Assembly (NCBI GenBank): GCA_965215335.1
Contig: CBDCDA010000001.1
Location: 416,001-480,000, forward strand
Direction of reading: 5' to 3'
Origin: an uncultured Candidatus Entotheonella sp.
GTDB taxonomy: Bacteria; Tectomicrobia; Entotheonellia; Entotheonellales; Entotheonellaceae
DNA length: 64,000 bases
Within the stretch, counting starts at the first letter, position 1, and each line of letters begins with the position of its first letter. The notes under the pieces are model-generated. The model was not told the origin of the DNA. It saw nothing but the letters and a program-made list of their open reading frames with translations, and ran no database searches. The translations under genes were made by a program, and so were the position numbers. Of this stretch, positions 41,099-50,827 are shown one piece after another.

Positions 41099-42695
41099 GA
41101 TGACCGGTGGGCAAGCCCTGGCAAAATCGCTGCACCGCGAAGGCGTGCGGGTCATTTTCGGCCTGCCCGGCGTGCAGATCTACCACTTGCTCGACGGCCT
41201 GTACGACGAAGCGGACATCCGCTTCATCCCGGTGCGCCACGAACAGGCCACCAGCTACATGGCGGACGGCTACGCGCGTGCCAGCGGCGGCGTCGGCACG
41301 GCACTGGTGGTGCCCGGCCCCGGCCTGCAGAACGCCTCGGCGGGCATCGGCACGGCGTACTCGGCGTCGTCGCCCATCCTGGTGGTGTCGGGGCAGATCC
41401 AGCGCGACTTCATCGGCGTGGATCGGGGCATGCTGCACGAGGTGAATGACCAACTGGATACCATTCGTCCGGTGACCAAGTGGACGCGGCGGATTCTGAA
41501 GGCGCCGGAGGTGCCGGAGGCGGTGCACGAAGCGTTCTACCAGTTGAAGACGGGCCGCCCGCGCCCGGTGGAAATCGAAATCCCCCCGGAGACGCTGGCC
41601 GAAACCGCCGACGTCAGGCTGCTCGACCCGGCTGCGCCCGAGCGCGCGGCGGCCAGCGCTGACAGCGTTCAGGCGGGCGCCGCAACGCTGAAGGAGGCCA
41701 GCAAGCCGCTGATTCTGGCGGGCGGCGGGGCGATTTCGTCGCAGGCCGGCGCGGCGCTGCAACGGCTGGCGGAGTACCTGCAGGCGCCGGTCCTCACCAC
41801 CAGCGAGGGCAAAGGGGCGCTGTCCGACCGCCACGACCTGGCGCTCGGCGCCCTGCGGCTGCGGCACGACCCGATTACCGGCGACTACGTCAAGCAGACG
41901 GACGTGGTGCTGGCGGTGGGTACGCGGCTGGCCAATCCCGAAATGCTCGACGGCCAGACGGTGGTGCAGATCGACATCGATCCGGCAGAGATCGGCCGCA
42001 ACTACGCGAAGACGGTCGGTCTGGTCGGGGATGCAAAGAAAACCCTGGAAGCCCTGTACGACGCGGTCAGCGGCCTCATGCCCGCGCAGTCGGGCCGCGA
42101 GCAGGAGATTGCCGCCGTCAAGCAGGCGCGCCGTTCCAGCGAGCACGCCCAGTTGCAGCCGCTGGCCGGGTTCGTCGGCGCCATCCGCAATGCGGTGCCG
42201 GACGACGGCATCATCATCTGCGGCATGACGCAGGTGGGGTATTACAGCCGCGCCTATTTCCCCGTTTATCACCCCGGCACGTTCTTTACGTCCTCGTATT
42301 TCGGCAACCTGGGCTACGCCTATCCCACCGCCCTCGGCGCCAAGGTCGCCCGTCCCGACAGGGCTGTGGTCGCCATCTCCGGCGACGGCGGCTTCCTGTA
42401 CAACGCCCAGGAAATGGCCACCGCGGTGCAGCAGAAGATCAACGCCGTCGTCATCGTCTTCAACGACAACGCCTTCGGCAACGTCCTGCGCGACCAGCGC
42501 GACCGCTTCCAGGGGCGCGTCTACGGCTCGGAACTGCACAACCCGGATTTCATGACCCTCGCCAAGGCATACGGCGTGCGCGGCACGCGGGCCACCACCG
42601 CAGAAGAACTCGAAGCGCAGCTCCGCGCGGCGCTGGAGGTGGAGGCGCCAACGCTGATCGAGGTGCCGTGCGGGCCGATGCCGTATCCGTATTGA
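41091..42695 (+). CDS. Thiamine-pyrophosphate-dependent enzyme (ALS-like)
   Basis: VRHEQ...MADGYAR, PGPG, GDGGFLY...NDN. Confidence 0.92.
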   Translation: MSKMTGGQALAKSLHREGVRVIFGLPGVQIYHLLDGLYDEADIRFIPVRHEQATSYMADGYARASGGVGTALVVPGPGLQNASAGIGTAYSASSPILVVSGQIQRDFIGVDRGMLHEVNDQLDTIRPVTKWTRRILKAPEVPEAVHEAFYQLKTGRPRPVEIEIPPETLAETADVRLLDPAAPERAAASADSVQAGAATLKEASKPLILAGGGAISSQAGAALQRLAEYLQAPVLTTSEGKGALSDRHDLALGALRLRHDPITGDYVKQTDVVLAVGTRLANPEMLDGQTVVQIDIDPAEIGRNYAKTVGLVGDAKKTLEALYDAVSGLMPAQSGREQEIAAVKQARRSSEHAQLQPLAGFVGAIRNAVPDDGIIICGMTQVGYYSRAYFPVYHPGTFFTSSYFGNLGYAYPTALGAKVARPDRAVVAISGDGGFLYNAQEMATAVQQKINAVVIVFNDNAFGNVLRDQRDRFQGRVYGSELHNPDFMTLAKAYGVRGTRATTAEELEAQLRAALEVEAPTLIEVPCGPMPYPY

Positions 42696-42745
42696 GACCG
42701 AGGGGGGGGCGTGCATGATGGCCCGTGCAGCTTTCCGAGGTGCAA

Positions 42746-42896
42746 GAGCCTGTTCCATAAGTCCGATCAGCTCTTTTTTTGCCGGCATCGGATAAACATT
42801 CGCCCTTTCCAGGGCGCTTTCTTGCGTCAAACGCCCTGGAATCGGTGAGAATCCCGCCTACTTTTGGGATGTCGCCGACTTTTTAGGAACAGGCTC
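42746..42896. mobile_element. MITE (151 bp)
   Basis: Imperfect terminal inverted repeats GAGCCTGTTCCATAAGTC / GACTTTTTAGGAACAGGCTC, flanked on both sides by CAA; no ORF inside. Confidence 0.7.
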
Positions 42897-43109
42897 CAAG
42901 GATGGTCTTGCCTCATCCTGACGCATCATCGGCCCGCCAAAGCCGTTGCACTCGATCTTCGGGGCCGATTTTCTCCGAGACTCCCGCTATCGATCTGACA
43001 AGCTCCGACTCCGGCAAATCACATCGGTCTACAGCGTTGACCCAAGGGCCCAGCCCTCTCAATCTGTGATACGCTTCCTTGAGTCCACTGTCCGAGGAGC
43101 CCCCATACC

Positions 43110-43409
43110 ATGTGGAATTGGTTGAAAGACGACGGCACCGCACTCATTGTCCTCGCAGCCATCCTTACCGTCATCCTCACGTCCAACAACGCCATCCATC
43201 ACCGCCTGAACGATATCAGGACTGACATGAACCAACGCTTCGATGCCGTCAATCAGCGCTTCGACGCCCAGGACCAGCGCCTTGGCCGTCTTGCCGACGA
43301 GGTCGCGGAACTCCGCAAGCTGACGATCAGCATCGGTGAACGGGTATCGCGCAGCGAAGGCCGGATCGAGATTATCCGGGAGCAGATCAGGACCGTGGAC
43401 ATCCCTTGA
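43110..43409 (+). CDS. Small membrane-anchored coiled-coil protein (MWNWLKD family, copy 2)
   Basis: MWNWLKDDG + TM + MNQRFDAVNQRFDAQDQR...RVSRSEGRI; paralog of 24019. Confidence 0.75.
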   Translation: MWNWLKDDGTALIVLAAILTVILTSNNAIHHRLNDIRTDMNQRFDAVNQRFDAQDQRLGRLADEVAELRKLTISIGERVSRSEGRIEIIREQIRTVDIP

Positions 43410-43479
43410 CGCCAAACGATGTCCCGGGATTGCGCGCAAGACGTTCATGTCGACAGCACGTCAAGAGCATCCTTCTACG

Positions 43480-45350
43480 CTGCCACCCCTTCTTTCCACA
43501 GGCGGAAAGGACACGTCATCAACTTCAGGTGAAGGAGAAAGACTATGACACGACTCGTGAAGGGTCTCTTGCTGGCAGGATTGGGGTGTGCGGTGATACT
43601 GAGTTCCTCTTTCCGCCCTCCCGTACAGGCTCAGACCGACTCTTTGACGTCGGCAGAGATCTCGGACCTCAGAAAACTGCTGTCCTGCATCAAGGCCATA
43701 TCCGTTACGGGACGAGCGGACTCGTTGCCGGCCTACGACATCGTCTTCGAGGGCTGCAACGTGCACATCCAGAACGGGCACGCCAACGCCCGCACCACGA
43801 CCACCAACGGCGCCGGCAATCTCATCATTGGCTACAATGAGGCGCCGGGTAGCCCGTCCACGGATTATCGCGCCGGTTCGCATAATCTGGTCATCGGCCC
43901 ACAGCATACCTATTCGAGTTACGGGGGGTTGGTGGCGGGGGTTCGTAACACCATCAGCGGGCAGTATGCCAGCGTCAGCGGCGGTGGCGACAACGAGGCC
44001 AGTGGCAGTGCGGCAGCGGTCAGCGGTGGTCAGAGCAACGTGGCCAGCGGCGATGGCAGCAGCATCAGCGGTGGCTACGACAACGAAGCCAGCGGCCAGT
44101 GGGCCAGTGTCAGCGGTGGCAGTGAGAACGACGCCACCGGCTGGCAAGCCGGTGTCAGCGGTGGGACGCTGAATGAGGCCAGAGGGCGTTGGGCCAGTGT
44201 CAGCGGCGGACATAATAACATGGCCGGGGACCCCGACAGAATCGGCGGCTCATCTGATACCCGCCGTACCGAGGGAAGTGCCGCCAGTGTCAGTGGCGGT
44301 AATGGTAACACGGCCAGTGGTGCCGAATCCAGCGTCTCCGGCGGTTCAGTTAACACGGCCAGTGGCCCGCGCTCCAGCGTCAGCGGCGGTAAGGGTAACA
44401 CGGCCAGCGGCCTGGGCGGCAGCAGCGTCAGCGGTGGCTACCACAACGAAGCCAGTGGCGCGCAATCCAGCGTCAGCGGCGGTGATCGTAACACGGCCAG
44501 CGGCCCGGCCAGCAGCGTCAGCGCTGGCAACTACAACGAAGCCAGCGGCATCTATTCCAGTGTCAGCGGCGGCCGCGACAACGAAGCCGGCGGTTTTGGT
44601 TCCAGCGTCAGCGGCGGCCGCTACAATACGGCTGGCTCTGAGGAACCAGATAACGCATGGGAAACACTTGCGGATGCCAGCAGCTATTATACCAGCGTCA
44701 GCGGTGGCGAGAACAACACGGCCAGCGGCTCGGCCAGCAGCGTCAGCGGCGGCCACGGTACGGCTGCCGGTACGAGGGAATGGAGAGCCGGCAGTCTATG
44801 CCAGCTGTCCGGGGTCGAGTGTCCGTCCGAAGACGAGTGATGTGGGACAGGGCGGACTTCGGCGTCCATGAGGCCGCCCGCGAACGGAACCAGCCGGCAA
44901 GTTGGCTGGTTCCCTCTCGTTCAGGGAGCAGCATTGCGAGTGATGTTGATCCGAGCCAAGTCAGGGCGGGCCGCCACACCCCGGCCAGGAACACCTGGAT
45001 ATGGTGCTGAGCGCTTGATGACGTCCTGGCAGCAAACTCCTCCAGTCCGCTCACGTCTCGCTTCGCGTCAACGCCGCTTGGGTTGGGTACGGTCACGGTC
45101 AGCGTGCTCTCCATCAACCCTTCAAAGCCGTTCGGCTCCAGTTCCCAAAGCTTCTTCTGAATAATTTCCGGTCATCCTCGAATTTCCATGGCGTTTTCGA
45201 CATGTTGGTCCCTCATTTGGGAGCGGACCTATCGCGCCCAATCCGGTCGCAAGCGCATCGTTGAGCGTCGCGTGTCACCTGAAAATGCCGTGCAATTTTC
45301 CTCTTGGTCATGTCGGGATAGCAGCATCGCCTTGGCTTTGCGCACCTGAT
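43480..45350 (+). repeat. Direct duplication copy A (~1.9 kb), matching 47378-49256
   Basis: Near-identical leader, 5' gene end, 3' gene end and downstream ~500 bp; the middle is divergent. Confidence 0.92.
43545..44840 (+). CDS. Secreted protein with 16 x 15-aa xSVSGGxxNxASGxx repeats (probable beta-solenoid/adhesin-like)
   Basis: Signal peptide, GNLIIGYNE/GSHNLVIG/YSSYGGLVAG cap, 45-bp repeat period with two insertions. Confidence 0.85.
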   Translation: MTRLVKGLLLAGLGCAVILSSSFRPPVQAQTDSLTSAEISDLRKLLSCIKAISVTGRADSLPAYDIVFEGCNVHIQNGHANARTTTTNGAGNLIIGYNEAPGSPSTDYRAGSHNLVIGPQHTYSSYGGLVAGVRNTISGQYASVSGGGDNEASGSAAAVSGGQSNVASGDGSSISGGYDNEASGQWASVSGGSENDATGWQAGVSGGTLNEARGRWASVSGGHNNMAGDPDRIGGSSDTRRTEGSAASVSGGNGNTASGAESSVSGGSVNTASGPRSSVSGGKGNTASGLGGSSVSGGYHNEASGAQSSVSGGDRNTASGPASSVSAGNYNEASGIYSSVSGGRDNEAGGFGSSVSGGRYNTAGSEEPDNAWETLADASSYYTSVSGGENNTASGSASSVSGGHGTAAGTREWRAGSLCQLSGVECPSEDE

Positions 45351-45609
45351 GCAGGGCAACGCGGTTTCCCTCATCCCCACCCATGCAGAACTGACGACTC
45401 AACAGGCAGCAGATCTGATCAACGTGTCCCGCAGCTTTCTCGTGAAGCTGCTGGACCGGCAAGAGATTCCACACCGAAAAGTGGGAACTCACCGCCGTGT
45501 GCTGTTCAGCGATTTGCAAGCCTACGCGGAACGGGTCCGTCGAGAGCGGTCTGAAGCTTTGGACAAACTGGTTTCAGAAAGCCAGGCGCTCGGATTGGGG
45601 TATGAATAG
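45349..45609 (+). CDS. Excisionase-like HTH DNA-binding protein (PIN partner), probably 5'-truncated
   Basis: [31 protein letters not shown]; begins exactly at the duplication boundary. Confidence 0.8.
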   Translation: MQGNAVSLIPTHAELTTQQAADLINVSRSFLVKLLDRQEIPHRKVGTHRRVLFSDLQAYAERVRRERSEALDKLVSESQALGLGYE

Positions 45610-45617
45610 GGGACTTG

Positions 45618-46184
45618 ATGGCCTTCATTGCCGTTTTTGACGCTTGCGTCCTGTACCCGGCACCGCTGCGCGACCTCCTGTTGCAGCTTGCGACGACCAA
45701 ACTGTTTCGAGCGCGATGGACCGATCTGATCCATGACGAATGGATCAACGTGGCATCTGCCCGCCGTCCAGACATCGACCCGGCGAAATGGAAACGTCTC
45801 CGTGCTCTTATGGATGCCCATGCCGAAGACTGCCTCGTCAGGGATTTTGAACCACTTATCGACATGATCACCCTGCCCGACGCCAAAGACCGTCATGTCG
45901 TTGCCGCTGCCGTGAAGCGTGGAGCCGATGTTATCGTTACCTTCAATCTGAGGGATTTCCCCGCATGCACCCTCGGAATTTACGGCATGGAAGCCCAACA
46001 TCCCGACGTCTTCGCAAGGCATTTGATCGACCTCCAGCCTGGAGCCGTCGTGTCCGCCGTCCAAACGGTTCGCTCACGGCTGAAGAATCCCCCTATGGCT
46101 GCCGACGCCTACCTCCTCACCCTGGAGCGACAGGGCCTTGTCGCAACGGTCGCGCAATTGCGCGCTTTCCGGGATGTAATTTGA
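45618..46184 (+). CDS. PIN-domain protein
   Basis: FDACVLYPAPLRD, LPDAKDRHVVAAA, IVTFNLRDFP, HPD.F. Confidence 0.9.
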   Translation: MAFIAVFDACVLYPAPLRDLLLQLATTKLFRARWTDLIHDEWINVASARRPDIDPAKWKRLRALMDAHAEDCLVRDFEPLIDMITLPDAKDRHVVAAAVKRGADVIVTFNLRDFPACTLGIYGMEAQHPDVFARHLIDLQPGAVVSAVQTVRSRLKNPPMAADAYLLTLERQGLVATVAQLRAFRDVI

Positions 46185-46284
46185 CGCTTCCCGTTTAAGG
46201 TCTCGGGATTACGCTGATTGAGGGGAGGCAGGCCAACGGCTGCCCGTGGACTCCTACCTGCCCAAGTACACCGTCGTGATCTGT

Positions 46285-46463
46285 TGATGACCTTTCGGTC
46301 ATCGATGCGTGGAACACCGCGCACCTTGTTGGGCAGCAGGGGTTGAAGTCGGGCAAACTGCGCATTGGAGAGCCAGAAGTGATGATCGGGCATGATGAGC
46401 CTCCCCATGGAGTCAGGGTCTTGAATCCGATATGTTCAATGACAACCCTTTATAGGTCCTGAG
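46285..46463 (-). mobile_element. IS5-family remnant: terminus plus transposase N-terminus
   Basis: FWLSNAQFARLQPLLPNKVRGVPRIDDRKVI, then homology breaks; terminal CTCAGGACCTATAAAGGGTTG. Confidence 0.75.
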
Positions 46464-47377
46464 TCTACGTCTCTGAGTGCCTGTCAAGCGCGGTCCCAGG
46501 GCCAAGCCGCATGTTCACTTCAATGCGAAGCCTGAGTGCTCTGACCTCGGGCAAACTGGAATCTCGGCAGCAAGGCGGCGGCTAGCCAGGCAGGATTTTC
46601 CATGGCGAGTGTCAAACGGCGCGCCTTCAACCAACACCTGCTTGAGCGAATTTCTCGGTATTTGGCCCAGGGGCATGGCCTGGAAAAATCCAGCCCCGAA
46701 TACCAAGACCTTTGCAACTATGGCACGATCACTGACAGGGCAGCCTGAATTCTGTCCGAAGTATTGGGGTATTGGAATTGCCCCTTTTGGACAGGTTGAC
46801 CTGCCACCATAGGGGGTTACACCTTGTCTTTCAACTACTTAGTGATTTTTGTCGTGTACAGTGTTCGCGGCCTCGTGGTTCAGCATATTGTGGGCGTGGG
46901 GCAGCCAGCTGACCGCAAGCTTCTGGTTGTTGAACGTTGTTCTGGGCGGGATGGCGTTAGTCAATGGTCTGTTACGTCGTTTTCAACGCCGTCGCTGCTG
47001 GCAAACAGCCCTGTCTTTCCCAAACAAAAACGGGCCCTGACAGCCGCTTCCGCCGCGGTGCTGCCCGGTACTGGCCCGCATTCAGTTCGTGCGGGATTGG
47101 CGGCAAGGCGTGTGCGGGCTTTCACCTCTTCCATTGACCTCGGCAGGCCGGTGGGGAAGCCGAACGGATCAGGTTGGACAGCACTGACGGTTATTCACAG
47201 GCCACGCCGTCATTGTCGGCATTGCGCATGTACGGACAGGCCGGATGGCGCCACGGCACCGGTGTGATGCCGTGGCGTCTCGCTTCCTTGCACGCGATCC
47301 TGCCGTTTCTGACGCCTGGCATGAAAGGGCCTGGTTGGACACATGCACCTTGACTCGGCAAGGTCCTTCTTCCATAC

Positions 47378-49256
47378 TGCCACGCCTTCTTTCCACAGGC
47401 GGAAAGGACACATTGTCAACTTCAGGTGAAGGAGAAAGACTATGACGCGACTCGTGAAGGGTCTCTTGTTGGCAGGATTGGGGTGTGCGGTGATACTGGG
47501 TTCCTCCTTCCGCCCTCCCGTACAGGCTCAGACCGACTCTTTGACGTCGGCGGAGATCTCGGACCTCAGAAAACTGCTGTCCTGCATCAAGGCCATATCC
47601 GTTACGGGACGAGCGGACTCGTTGCCGGCCTACGACGTCGTCTTCGAGGGCTGCAACGTGCACGTGCGCAACAGCCTCGGCAGGACTGACAGGACCAACG
47701 GCGTCGGCAATCTCATCGTTGGCTACAATGAGGATGATGTCCTGGTCACCCCGGATGCGGAGGATGGCGATTTCGGCACCAACGACCGGAGTGGGTCGCA
47801 TAACGTGGTGATCGGCCCGGAACATGCGTATTCGAGTTACGGGGGGTTGGTGGCGGGGATTCGCAACACCATCAGCGGCGCGTATGCCAGCGTCAGCGGC
47901 GGTTATAAAGGTGAAGCCAGCGGTTGGGCTTCCAGCGTCAGCGGCGGTTGGAGCAACGAAGCCAGCAGTCAGGGTTCCAGTGTCAGTGGCGGTACAGCAA
48001 ATACAGCCAGCGGCATGGAGGCCAGTGTCAGCGGCGGTCTTCACAACGAAGCCAGCGGCTATTATTCCAGCGTCAGCGGTGGTTCCCACAATACAGCCAG
48101 CGGCGAGCGTGCCAGCGTCAGCGGCGGTTGGAACAACGAAGCCAGTGGCGAGCGTGCCAGCGTCAGCGGTGGTTCCCACAATACAGCCAGCGGCGAGCGT
48201 GCCAGCATCAGCGGTGGTTGGGACAACGAAGCCAGCGGTTTGCTTTCCAGCGTCAGCGGTGGTTCCCACAATACAGCCAGCAGCGAGCGTGCCAGCGTCA
48301 GCGGCGGGCATAACAACGAAGCCAGCGGCGTGCATGCCAGCATCAGCGGTGGGCATAACAACGAAGCCAGCGACTATGATGCCAGCATCAGTGGCGGCAG
48401 CTACAGCATCGCCAGCGGCGCGTATGCCAGCGTCAGCGGCGGTTGGAACAACGAAGCCAGCAATACGGGTTCCAGCGTCAGCGGTGGTGCCAACAATACA
48501 GCCAGCGGCATCAATTCCAGCGTCAGCGGCGGTGACAACAACGAAGCCGGCGGCAGGCGGGCCAGCGTCAGCGGTGGTCTTCGAAATAAAGCCAGCGGCG
48601 ATAAGGCCAGTGTCAGTGGTGGTGATACCAACGAAGCCAGCGGTCTCGTCTCCAGTGTCAGCGGCGGTTGGAGCAACAAAGCCAGCGCACCGGATTCCAG
48701 CGTCAGTGGCGGCCGCGATCGTACGGCTGGCCGCACGGCGGAATGGAGAGCCGGCGGTCTATGCCAGCTGTCCGGGGTCGAGTGTCCGTCCGAAGACGAG
48801 TGATGTGGGACAGGGCGGACTCCGGCGTCCATGAGGCCGCCCGCGAACGGAACCAGCCGGCAAGTTGGCTGGTTCCCTCTCGTTCGAGAACACCTGGATA
48901 GGTGCTGAGCGCTTGATGACGTCCTGGCAGCAAACTCCTCCAGTTCGCTCACGTCTCGCTTCGCGTCAACGCCGCCTGGGTTGGGTACGGTCCACGGTCA
49001 GCGTGCTCTCCATCAACCCTTCAAAGCCGTTCGGCTCCAGTTCCCAAAGCTTTTTCTGAATAAATTTCTGATCATCCTCGAATTTCCATGGCGTTTTCGA
49101 CATGTTGGTCCCTCATTTGGGGGCGGGCCTATCGCGCCAATCCGGTCTTCGCAAGCGCATTGTCGAGCGTCACGCGTGTCACCTGAAAATGCCGTGCAAT
49201 TTTCCTCCTGGTCATGTCGGGATCAAGCAGCATCGCCTTGGCTTTGCGCACCTGAT
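47378..49256 (+). repeat. Direct duplication copy B
   Basis: Matches 43480-45350; lacks ~70 bp present at ~44922-44988. Confidence 0.92.
47442..48803 (+). CDS. Secreted protein with 19 x 15-aa xSVSGGxxNxASGxx repeats (paralog)
   Basis: Same N- and C-termini as 43545; uninterrupted 45-bp array ~47886-48720. Confidence 0.85.
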   Translation: MTRLVKGLLLAGLGCAVILGSSFRPPVQAQTDSLTSAEISDLRKLLSCIKAISVTGRADSLPAYDVVFEGCNVHVRNSLGRTDRTNGVGNLIVGYNEDDVLVTPDAEDGDFGTNDRSGSHNVVIGPEHAYSSYGGLVAGIRNTISGAYASVSGGYKGEASGWASSVSGGWSNEASSQGSSVSGGTANTASGMEASVSGGLHNEASGYYSSVSGGSHNTASGERASVSGGWNNEASGERASVSGGSHNTASGERASISGGWDNEASGLLSSVSGGSHNTASSERASVSGGHNNEASGVHASISGGHNNEASDYDASISGGSYSIASGAYASVSGGWNNEASNTGSSVSGGANNTASGINSSVSGGDNNEAGGRRASVSGGLRNKASGDKASVSGGDTNEASGLVSSVSGGWSNKASAPDSSVSGGRDRTAGRTAEWRAGGLCQLSGVECPSEDE

Positions 49257-49270
49257 CCGGCGACAACCTG
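49129..49270 (-). pseudogene. Serine resolvase/invertase C-terminal HTH remnant (decayed copy at 45229-45350)
   Basis: [34 protein letters not shown] resembles an HTH_7 tail. Confidence 0.6.
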
Positions 49271-49309
49271 CATTGATCCATACCATCAATCCTTGGGACT
49301 GTACAGTCT

Positions 49310-49530
49310 AGGTGGGCATCAGGTAGAAAGGCGGGCACGAATCGAGCCAGGCGAGCGGGTTGAAGTTGGACGTGTTGGAAGAAGCGTTGCAGGCGTCGGT
49401 AGTGCGAGGCGATGTTGGCAGTCCCCGGAAAGGCGGCGGCGAGTTGGGACAGATTGATGGTTTTGACCAAGCAAGTAAACGCTTCAAGTCTGCTTTGGTC
49501 AAGATGGCGGTCCTGTCTATCGGCGTTGAT
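49310..49530 (-). mobile_element. IS4-family transposase N-terminal remnant
   Basis: KTINLSQLAAAF.G.A.IASHYRRLQRFF motif. Confidence 0.65.
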
Positions 49531-49564
49531 GCTGTTTGTGCGATTCCTTGCGAAAGGCTTTGCG

Positions 49565-50311
49565 ATGCCACGATCCACGCTTGTGACGCCTGAAACTGAT
49601 TACCCGGATTCGGACGATCAGCCCATGGCGGAGACCGATTTCCAACGCGAGATCATGACCTATGCCATCGAGGCGTTGAAAATCCACTTCCGGGAGCGCG
49701 AGGACGTCTACGTCTCGGGCGACCTGTTCATCTATTACGAAGCGGGGAACCGGGCGGCCGTGGTCGCCCCGGACGTCTTCGTGGTGTTCGGCGTTCCCAA
49801 CCACATGCGCCGCACCTACCTGTTGTGGCAGGAGGGCAGGGCGCCAGGCTTTGTGATGGAAGTCACCTCGGACAACACCCGAACCCGAGAGGACGACCAG
49901 GGGCGGAAGCGCGAGTTGCATGCGCGCCTGGGAATATCGGAATACTGGCAATACGACCCGACGGGCGATTATCTGGAGCCGCCTCTGCAAGGCTTCATGC
50001 TGTCCAATGGACGGTATGGCAGGGCGCTCGCCCTGGAGCGGGCAGGCGCCGTCTGGAGTGCGACCAGCCCGGCGCTGGGGCTGAATCTCCGTCTCGATGA
50101 AGGCGTGCTGCGGTTTCACGATCCGGTGACGGACGAATACCTTTTGACACCCCTGGAAGAAAACAGGGCGCGTCGGGAAGCCGAAAGCCGCTTTCAGGAA
50201 TCCGAACAGGCCCGACAGGAAGCGGAGGCGCGACTGGCCGAACTGGAGGCCCGCCTTCGAGCCTTGCAACAGTCAACGCCTCTGGAACGGCCGAATCCAT
50301 CGGAAAGGTAA
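49565..50311 (+). CDS. Uma2 (DUF820) family PD-(D/E)XK endonuclease with coiled-coil tail
   Basis: YPDSDDQPMAET, VAPDVFVVFG, MEVTS, EYWQYDP. Confidence 0.9.
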   Translation: MPRSTLVTPETDYPDSDDQPMAETDFQREIMTYAIEALKIHFREREDVYVSGDLFIYYEAGNRAAVVAPDVFVVFGVPNHMRRTYLLWQEGRAPGFVMEVTSDNTRTREDDQGRKRELHARLGISEYWQYDPTGDYLEPPLQGFMLSNGRYGRALALERAGAVWSATSPALGLNLRLDEGVLRFHDPVTDEYLLTPLEENRARREAESRFQESEQARQEAEARLAELEARLRALQQSTPLERPNPSER

Positions 50312-50488
50312 GTCGAAGCCCGATTCAGGCTCAGGACCTATAAAGGGTTGGCGTCGCATCGCCACGCGGCATGATTGCGGCACAACCTCGCCGTGACGCC
50401 CAATAGGGCGTTGATTGCTCCGATCAAACTGCAAGCGACAAAGCAGCCGGGTTCAGGTCCGGGCCGTTGCGGAGGGGACATAGAGGAA

Positions 50489-50690
50489 ATGAGAGACAGC
50501 GCCAGGTATTACGAAGATCGTTGAATGGTCGGAAGAGGACCAGTGCCATGTCGGGAGTGCTCCCGGCCTGATTTACGCCGGCTGTCACGGAGAGGACGGG
50601 AAGGCCGTCTTTGAAGAGCTCTGCCAAGTCGTCGAAAAAGCGATTGAACTCTGCCGGCAGGATGGAAAACCTCTGCCCCCGACGACTTAA
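50489..50690 (+). pseudogene. HicB-like antitoxin with a +1 frameshift
   Basis: Manual translation: MRDSARY / KIVEWSEEDQCHVGSAPGLIYAGCHGED...ELCQVVEKAIELCRQDGKPLPP*; 202 nt. Confidence 0.7.
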
Positions 50691-50731
50691 AACCCGTCCT
50701 GATAGTCTTCCATGGCTTCACGCACACCGGG

Positions 50732-50827
50732 CCGCCGCAACGCCTCCTTTGCCTCCGGCAAGTGCTCCACGACGTGGACGGTCTCCACGCTGACGTGCAC
50801 GATCCGTCGAATCGCCGCGATCAGATC
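50732..50827 (-). repeat. Second copy of the Type ISP gene 3' end (matches 52624-52746)
   Basis: 57 bp identical (50750-50806 = 52669-52725), 21 bp with 4 mismatches, and a further shared 16-mer. Confidence 0.92.

Noticed and set aside
46810..46820. TAGGGGGTTAC as an att copy of the tRNA-Arg 3' end
   Set aside because: Short, imperfect and inverted relative to the tRNA.
47886..48720. 45-bp periodic repeats as a CRISPR array
   Set aside because: In-frame coding repeats with codon-position degeneracy; no unique spacers or cas genes.
43545..48803. Diversity-generating retroelement TR/VR pair
   Set aside because: No reverse transcriptase in the window, and the differences are not adenine-restricted.
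49129..49578. 149-aa ORF as a real gene
   Set aside because: Chance in-frame chimera of IS4 transposase and resolvase fragments.
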